Made by a program: the position numbers and the translations under genes. A stretch of DNA of 64,000 bases. It comes from Eledone cirrhosa (Eukaryota). The notes beneath the pieces were generated by a model, which saw only the letters and a program-made list of their open reading frames with translations, had not been told where the DNA came from and searched no databases. The DNA lies in the NCBI GenBank assembly GCA_964016885.1, contig OZ024745.1:92008001-92072000 (forward strand), written 5' to 3'. Of the stretch, positions 55,601 through 64,000 are shown one piece after another (within the stretch, counting starts at the first letter, position 1; each line of letters begins with the position of its first letter).

Positions 55601-58300
55601 TGAGTATCAAACAGCTCCACTAGATACAGTAAGTTATATTACTCTGCCTGAGTATCAAACAGCTCCACTATATACAGTAAGTTATATTACTCTGCCTGAG
55701 TAACAAACAGCTCCACTAGATACAGTAAGTTATATTACTCTGCCTGAGTATCAAACAGCTCCACTAGATACAGTAAGTTATATTACTCTGTCTGAGTATC
55801 AAACAGCTCCACTAGATACAGTAAGTTATATTACTCTGTCTGAGTATCAGACAGCTCCACTAGATACGGTAAGTTATATTACTCTGTCTGAGTATCAAAC
55901 AGCTCCACTAGATACAGTAAGTTATATTACTCTGTCTGAGTATCAAACAGCTCCACTAGATACAGTAAGTTATATTACTCTGTCTGAGTATCAAACAGCT
56001 CCACTAGATACAGTAAATTATATTACTCTGTCTGAGTATCAGACAGCTCCACTAGATACAGTAAGTTATATTACTCTGTCTGAGTATCAAACAGCTCCAC
56101 TAGATACAGTAAGTTATATTACTCTGCCTGAGTATCAAACAGCTCCACTATATACAGTAAGTTATATTACTCTGCCTGAGTATCAAACAGCTCCACTAGA
56201 TACAGTAAGTTATATTACTCTGTCTGAGTATCAAACAGCTCAACTAGATACAGTGTTATATTACTCTGTCTGAGTATCAAACAGCTCCACTAGATACAGT
56301 AAGTTATATTACTCTGTCTGCGTATCAAACAGCTCCACTAGATACAGTAAGTTATATTACTCTGTCTGAGTATCAAACAGCTCCACTAGATACAGTAAGT
56401 TATATTACTCTGCCTGAGTATCAAACAGCTCCACTAGATACTGTAAGTTATATTACTCTGTCTGCATATCAAACAGCTCCACTATATACAGTAAGTTATA
56501 TTACTCTGTCTGAGTATCAAACAGCTCCACTAGATACTGTAAGTTATATTACTCTGTCTGCATATCAAACAGCTCCACTATATACAGTAAGTTATATTCC
56601 TCTGCCTGAGTATCAAACAGCTCCACTAGATACAGTAAGTTATATTACTCTGTCTGAGTATCAAACAGCTCCACTAGATAAACTAAGTTATATTACTCTG
56701 CCTGAGTATCAAACAGCTCCACTAGATACAGTAAGTTATATTACTCTGTCTGAGTATCAAACAGCTCCACTAGATACAGTAAGTTATATTACTCTGTCTG
56801 CGTATCAAACAGCTCCACTAGATACAGTAAGTTATATTACTCTGCCTGAGTATCAAACAGCTCCCCTAGATACAGTTAGTTATATTACTCTGCCTGAGTA
56901 TCAAGCAGCTCCAATACATACAGTAAGTTATATTACTCTGCCTGAGTATCAAACAGCTCCACTACATACAGTAAGTTATATTACTCTGCCTGAGTATCAA
57001 ACGGCTCCACTAGATACAGTAAGTTATATTACTCTGCCTGAGTATCAAACAGCTCCACTAGATACAGTAAGTTATATTACTCTGCCTGAGTATCAAACAG
57101 CTCCACTAGATAAAGTAAGTTATATTACTCCGTCTGAGTATCAAACAGCTCCACTAGATACAGTAAGTTATATTACTCTGCCTGAGTATCAAACAGCTCC
57201 ACTATATACAGTAAGTTATATTACTCTGCCTGAGTAACAAACAGCTCCACTAGATACAGTAAGTTATATTACTCTGCCTGAGTATCAAACAGCTCCACTA
57301 GATACAGTAAGTTATATTACTCTGTCTGAGTATCAAACAGCTCCACTAGATACAGTAAGTTATATTACTCTGTCTGAGTATCAGACAGCTCCACTAGATA
57401 CGGTAAGTTATATTACTCTGTCTGAGTATCAAACAGCTCCACTAGATACAGTAAGTTATATTACTCTGTCTGAGTATCAAACAGCTCCACTAGATACAGT
57501 AAGTTATATTACTCTGTCTGAGTATCAAACAGCTCCACTAGATACAGTAAATTATATTACTCTGTCTGAGTATCAGACAGCTCCACTAGATACAGTAAGT
57601 TATATTACTCTGTCTGAGTATCAAACAGCTCCACTAGATACAGTAAGTTATATTACTCTGCCTGAGTATCAAACAGCTCCACTATATACAGTAAGTTATA
57701 TTACTCTGCCTGAGTATCAAACAGCTCCACTAGATACAGTAAGTTATATTACTCTGTCTGAGTATCAAACAGCTCCACTAGATACAGTGTTATATTACTC
57801 TGTCTGAGTATCAAACAGCTCCACTAGATACAGTAAGTTATATTACTCTGTCTGCGTATCAAACAGCTCCACTAGATACAGTAAGTTATATTACTCTGTC
57901 TGAGTATCAAACAGCTCCACTAGATACAGTAAGTTATATTACTCTGCCTGAGTATCAAACAGCTCCACTAGATACTGTAAGTTATATTACTCTGTCTGCA
58001 TATCAAACAGCTCCACTATATACAGTAAGTTATATTACTCTGTCTGAGTATCAAACAGCTCCACTAGATACTGTAAGTTATATTACTCTGTCTGCATATC
58101 AAACAGCTCCACTATATACAGTAAGTTATATTCCTCTGCCTGAGTATCAAACAGCTCCACTAGATACAGTAAGTTATATTACTCTGTCTGAGTATCAAAC
58201 AGCTCCACTAGATAAACTAAGTTATATTACTCTGCCTGAGTATCAAACAGCTCCACTAGATACAGTAAGTTATATTACTCTGTCTGAGTATCAAACAGCT
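52690..58300. repeat. Triplicated block with 53- and 32-monomer spacing (2542 and 1534 bp)
   Basis: GTTAGT at 52801/55343/56877, followed by CCAATACATA, CTACAT and ACGGCT, then TAA at 53159/55701/57235. Confidence 0.88.
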
Positions 58301-60579
58301 CCACTAGATACAGTAAGTTATATTACTCTGCCTGAGTATCAAACAGCTCCACTTGATACAGTAAGTTATATTACTCTGTCTGATTATCAAACAGTTCCAC
58401 TAGATACAGTAAGTTATATTACTCTGTCTGAGTATCAAACAGCTCCACTAGATACAGTAAGTTATATTACTCTGTCTGAGTATCAAACAGCTCCACTAGA
58501 TACAGTAAGTTATATTACTCTGCCTGAGTATCAAACAGCTCCACTTGATACAGTAAGTTATATTACTCTGTCTGATTATCAAACAGCTCCACTAGATACA
58601 GTAAGTTATATTACTCTGTCTGAGTATCAAACAGCTCCACTAGATACAGTAAGTTATATTACTCTGCCTGAGTATCAAACAGCTCCACTAGATACAGTAA
58701 GTTATATTACTCTGTCTGAGTATCAAACACCTCCACTAAATACAGTAAGTTATATTACTCTGTCTGCGTATCAAACAGCTCCACTAGATACAGTAAGTTA
58801 TATTACTCTGTCTGAGTATCAAACAGCTCCACTAGATAAAGTAAGTTATATTACTCTGCCTGAGTATCAAACAGCTCCACTAGATACTGTAAGTTATATT
58901 ACTCTGTCTGCGTATCAAACAGCTCCACTAGATACAGTAAGTTATATTACTCTGTCTGAGTATCAAACCGCTCCACTAGATACAGTAAGTTATATTACTG
59001 TGCCTGAGTATCAAACAGCTCCACTAGATAAAGTAAGTTATATTACTCTGTCTAAGTATCAAACAGCTCCCCTAGATACAGTAAGTTATATTCCTCTGCC
59101 TGAGTATCAAACAGCTCCCCTAGATACAGTAAATTATATTACTCTGTCTGAGTATCAAACAGCTCCACTAGATACAGTAAGTTATATTACTCTGTCTGAG
59201 TATCAGACAGCTCCACTAGATACAGTAAGTTATATTACTCTGTCTGAGTATCAAACAGCTCCACTAGATACAGTAAGTTATATTACTCTGCCAGAGTATC
59301 AAACAGCTCCACTAGATACAGTAAGTTATATTACTCTGTCTGAGTATCAAACAGCTCCACTAGATACAGTGTTATATTACTCTGTCTGAGTATCAAACAG
59401 CTCCACTAGATACAGTAAGTTATATTACTCTGTCTGCGTATCAAACAGCTCCACTAGATACAGTAAGTTATATTACTCTGTCTGAGTATCAAACAGCTCC
59501 ACTAGATACAGTAAGTTATATTACTCTGCCTGAGTATCAAACAGCTCCACTAGATAAAATAAGTTATATTACTCTCCCTGAGTATCAAACAGCTCCACTA
59601 GATACAGTAAGTTATATTACTCTGTCTGAGTATCAAACAGCTCCACTAGATACAGTAAGTTATATTACTCTGTCTGAGTATCAAACAGCTCCACTAGATA
59701 CAGTAAGTTATATTACTCTGCCTGAGTATCAAACAGCTCCACTAGATACAGTAAGTTATATTACTCTGTCTGAGTATCAAATAGCTCAGGTAGATACAGT
59801 AAGTTATATTACTCTGCCTGAGTATCAAACAGCTCCACTAGATACAGTAAGTTATATTACTCTGCCTGAGTATCAAACAGCTCCACTAGATACAGTAAGT
59901 TATATTACTCTGTCTGAGTATCAAACAGCTCCACTAGATACAGTAAGTTATATTACTCTGTCTAAGTATCAGACAGCTCCCCTAGATACAGTAAGTTATA
60001 TTCCTCTGCCTGAGTATCAAACAGCTCCCCTAGATACAGTAAATTATATTACTCTGTCTGAGTATCAAACAGCTCCACTAGATACAGTAAGTTAAATTAC
60101 TCTGCCTGAGTATCAAACAGCTCCACTAGATACAGTAAGTTATATTACTCTGCCTGAGTATCAAATAGCTCCACTAGATATAGTAAATTATATTACTCTG
60201 TCTGAGTATCAGACAGCTCCACTAGATACAGTAAGTTATATTACTCTGTCTAAGTATCAAACAGCTCCCCTAGATACAGTAAGTTATATTCCTCTGCCTG
60301 AGTATCAAACAGCTCCCCTAGATACAGTAAATTATATTACTCTGTCTGAGTATCAAACAGCTCCACTAGATACAGTAAGTTATATTACTCTGTCTGAGTA
60401 TCAGACAGCTCCACTAGATACAGTAAGTTATATTACTCTGTCTGAGTATCAAACAGCTCCACTAGATACAGTAAGTTATATTACTCTGCCTGAGTATCAA
60501 ACAGCTCCACTAGATACAGTAAGTTATATTACTCTGTCTGAGTATCAGACAGCTCCACTAGATACAGTAAGTTATATTC

Positions 60580-63180
60580 CTCTGCCTGAGTATCAAACAG
60601 CTCCCCTAGATACAGTAAGTAATATTACGCTGCCTGAGTATCAAACAGCTCCCCTAGATACAGTAAGTTATATTACTCTGTCTGAGTATCAAACAGCTCC
60701 CCCAGATACAGTAAGTTATATTACTCTGCCTGAGTATCAAAAAGCTCCACTAGATACAGTAAGTTATATTACTCTGCCTGAGTATCAAACAGCTCCACTA
60801 GATACAGTAAGTTATATTACTCTGTCTGAGTATCAAACAGCTCCCCTAGATACAGTAAGTTATATTACTCTGTCTGAGTATCAAACAGCTCCACTAGATA
60901 CTGTAAGTTATATTACTCTGTCTGCGTATCAAACAGCTCCACTATATACAGTAAGTTATATTACTCTGTCTGAGTATCAAACAGCTCCACTAGATACAGT
61001 AAGTTATATTACTCTGCCTGAGTATCAAACAGCTCCACTAGATAAACTAAGTTATATTACTCTGCCTGAGTATCAAACAGCTCCACTAGATACAGTAAGT
61101 TATATTACTCTGTCTGAGTATCAAACAGCTCCACTAGATACAGTAAGTTATATTACTCTGCCTGAGTATCAAACAGCTCCACTTGATACAGTAAGTTATA
61201 TTACTCTGTCTGATTATCAAACAGCTCCCCCAGATACAGTAAGTTATTTTACTCTGCCTGAGTATCAAACAGCTCCACTAGATACAGTAAGTTATATTAT
61301 TCTGTCTGAGTATCAAACAGCTCCACTAGATACAGTAAGTTATATTACTCTGTCTGAGTATCAAACAGCTCCACTAAATACAGTAAGTTATATTACTCTG
61401 TCTGCGTATCAAACAGCTCCACTAGATACAGTAAGTTATATTACTCTGTCTGAGTATCAAACAGCTCCACTAGATAAAGTAAGTTATATTACTCTGCCTG
61501 AGTATTAAACAGCTCCACTAGATACTGTAAGTTATATTACTCTGTCTGCGTATCAAACAGCTCCACTAGATACAGTAAGTTATATTACTCTGTCTGAGTA
61601 TCAAACCGCTCCACTAGATACAGTAAGTTATATTACTCTGCCTGAGTATCAAACAGCTCCACTAGATACAGTAAGTTATATTACTCTGTCTGATTATCAA
61701 ACAGCTCCACTAGATACAGTAAGTTATATTACTCTGCCTGAGTATCAAACAGCTCCCCCAGATACAGTAAGTTATATTACTCTGCCTGAGTATCAAACAG
61801 CTCCACTAGATACAGTAAGTTATATTATTCTGTCTGATTATCAAACAGCTCCACTAGATACAGTAAGTTATATTACTCTGTCTGAGTATCAAACAGCTCC
61901 ACTAGATACAGTAAGTTATATTACTCTGCCTCAGTATCAAACAGCTCCACTAGATACAGTAAGTTATATTACTCTGCCTGAATATCAAACAGCTCCGCTA
62001 GAGACAGTAAGTTATATTACTCTGTCTGAGTATCAAACAGCTCCACTAGATACAGTAAGTTATATTACTCTGTCTGAGTATCAAACAGCTCCACTAGATA
62101 CTGTAAGTTATATTACTCTGTCTGCATATCAAACAGCTCCACTATATACAGTAAGTTATATTCCTCTGTCTGAGTATCAAACAGCTCCACTAGATACAGT
62201 AAGTTATATTACTCTGCCTGAGTATCAAACAGCTCCACTAGATAAATTAAGTTATATTACTCTGCCTGAGTATCAAACAGCTCCACTAGATACAGTAAGT
62301 TATATTACTCTGTCTGAGTATCAAACAGCTCCACTAGATACAGTAAGTTATATTACTCTGCCTGAGTATCAAACAGCTCCACTTGATACAGTAAGTTATA
62401 TTACTCTGTCTCATTATCAAACAGCTCCACTAGATACAGTAAGTTATATTACTCTGTCTGAGTATCAAACAGCTCCACTAGATACAGTAAGTTATATTAC
62501 TCTGCCTGAGTATCAAACAGCTCCACTAGATACAGTAAGTTATATTACTCTGTCTGAGTATCAAACACCTCCACTAAATACAGTAAGTTATATTACTCTG
62601 TCTGCGTATCAAACAGCTCCACTAGATACAGTAAGTTATATTACTCTGTCTGAGTATCAAACAGCTCGACTAGATAGAGTAAGTTATATTACTCTGTCTG
62701 AGTATCAAACAGCTCCACTAGATACAGTGTTATATTACTCTGTCTGAGTATCGAACAGCTCCACTAGATACAGTGTTATATTACTCTGTCTGAGTATCAA
62801 ACAGCTCCACTAGATACAGTAAGTTATATTACTCTGTCTGCGTATCAAACAGCTCCACTAGATACAGTAAGTTATATTACTCTGTCTGAGTATCAAACAG
62901 CTCCACTAGATACAGTAAGTTATATTACTCTGTCTGATTATCAAACAGCTCCACTAGATAAAGTAAGTTATATTACTCTGCCTGAGTATCAAACAGCTCC
63001 ACTAGATACAGTAACTTATATTACTCTGTCTGAGTATCAAACAGCTCCACTAGATACAGTAAGTTATATTACTCCGTCTGAGTATCAAACAGCTCCACTA
63101 GATACAGTAAGTTATATTACTCTGCCTGAGTATCAAACAGCTCCACTATATACAGTAAGTTATATTACTCTGCCTGAGTA
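60580..63180. repeat. Long-range copy of about 42500-45100 (offset 18078)
   Basis: ACA>AAA 42663/60741, CCGCTA 43919/61997, TCGACTA 44590/62668, paired 46-mers 44650/62728 and 44696/62774. Confidence 0.88.
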
Positions 63181-64000
63181 TCAAACAGCTCCACTAGATA
63201 CAGTAAGTTATATTACTCTGTCTGAGTATCAAACAGCTCCACTAGATAAAGTAAGTTATATTACTCTGCCTGAGTATCAAACAGCTCCACTAGATACTGT
63301 AAGTTATATTACTCTGTCTGCGTATCAAACAGCTCCACTAGATACAGTAAGTTATATTACTCTGTCTGAGTATCAAACCGCTCCACTAGATACAGTAAGT
63401 TATATTACTGTGCCTGAGTATCAAACAGCTCCACTAGATAAAGTAAGTTATATTACTCTGTCTAAGTATCAAACAGCTCCCCTAGATACAGTAAGTTATA
63501 TTCCTCTGCCTGAGTATCAAACAGCTCCCCTAGATACAGTAAATTATATTACTCTGTCTGAGTATCAAACAGCTCCACTAGATACAGTAAGTTATATTAC
63601 TCTGTCTGAGTATCAGACAGCTCCACTAGATACAGTAAGTTATATTACTCTGTCTGAGTATCAAACAGCTCCACTAGATACAGTAAGTTATATTACTCTG
63701 CCAGAGTATCAAACAGCTCCACTAGATACAGTAAGTTATATTACTCTGTCTGAGTATCAAACAGCTCCACTAGATACAGTGTTATATTACTCTGTCTGAG
63801 TATCAAACAGCTCCACTAGATACAGTAAGTTATATTACTCTGTCTGCGTATCAAACAGCTCCACTAGATACAGTAAGTTATATTACTCTGTCTGAGTATC
63901 AAACAGCTCCACTAGATACAGTAAGTTATATTACTCTGCCTGAGTATCAAACAGCTCCACTAGATAAAATAAGTTATATTACTCTCCCTGAGTATCAAAC

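Larger units (their letters stand above)
1..64000. repeat. 48-bp tandem repeat array (satellite / giant minisatellite), about 1334.5 monomers, filling the window edge to edge
   Basis: Consensus TATATTACTCTGYCTGAGTATCAAACAGCTCCACTAGATACAGTAAGT recurs every 48 bp from base 1 to 64000. Apart from the C/T site, monomers usually differ by 0-2 substitutions. 64000 + 58 deleted bases = 1334 x 48 + 26, which matches the 26-bp partial monomer at the end. No inversion or foreign insertion seen. Confidence 0.99.

Noticed and set aside
2121-63799. The 12 ORFs as a family of paralogous genes
   Set aside because: All start at the same CTG>GTG monomer variant and end at deletion-induced frameshifts. The DNA between them is the same repeat. 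In-frame TAA stops (1317, 3716, 20312, 23335, 27126, 27702, 38828, 41416, 41704, 43428, 46016, 46304, 52183, 53159, 55701, 57235, 60093, 61506) are propagated by duplication.
1-64000. CRISPR array
   Set aside because: Repeats abut directly with no unique spacers, and there is no leader or cas gene.
1-64000. Telomerase-made or organellar telomeric repeat
   Set aside because: No G-rich strand motif, the unit is longer than telomerase repeats I know of, and variants are inherited in kb-scale blocks, which points to recombinational copying. A subtelomeric location cannot be excluded.
1-64000. Pure sequencing or assembly artefact, or synthetic concatemer
   Set aside because: Rare variants recur in ordered, nested blocks with copy-specific differences, unlike random error. 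Local misjoins or copy-number errors remain possible without reads.

Overview
The whole 64 kb window is one uninterrupted head-to-tail tandem array of a 48-bp monomer, consensus TATATTACTCTG(C/T)CTGAGTATCAAACAGCTCCACTAGATACAGTAAGT (about 36% GC, no CpG), all in one orientation. I count 1334 monomers plus 26 bp. The 58 deleted bases I found (eleven 47-mers, twenty-three 46-mers, one other 1-bp deletion) account exactly for the phase at the window end. I see no unique sequence, gene, RNA gene, transposon or CRISPR spacer. The supplied ORFs are by-products of one stop-free frame of the monomer (YITL(P/S)EYQTAPLDTVS), start at GTG point variants, and are broken by inherited stops and frameshifts. 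The best reading is eukaryote-type satellite or giant minisatellite DNA; I cannot identify the organism or family. The informative structure lies in the variants: irregular higher-order duplications of 18 to about 98 monomers, copies 8-20 kb apart, a left-to-right turnover of variants, deletions concentrated in one GTAAGT motif, variants that perfect quasi-palindromes, and possible CpG decay. The monomer also splits into a 24-nt GT..AG half and a 24-nt in-frame half. That splice-like layout is the most speculative lead, and nothing here demonstrates a new biological system. All comparisons were made by eye, so block boundaries are approximate.
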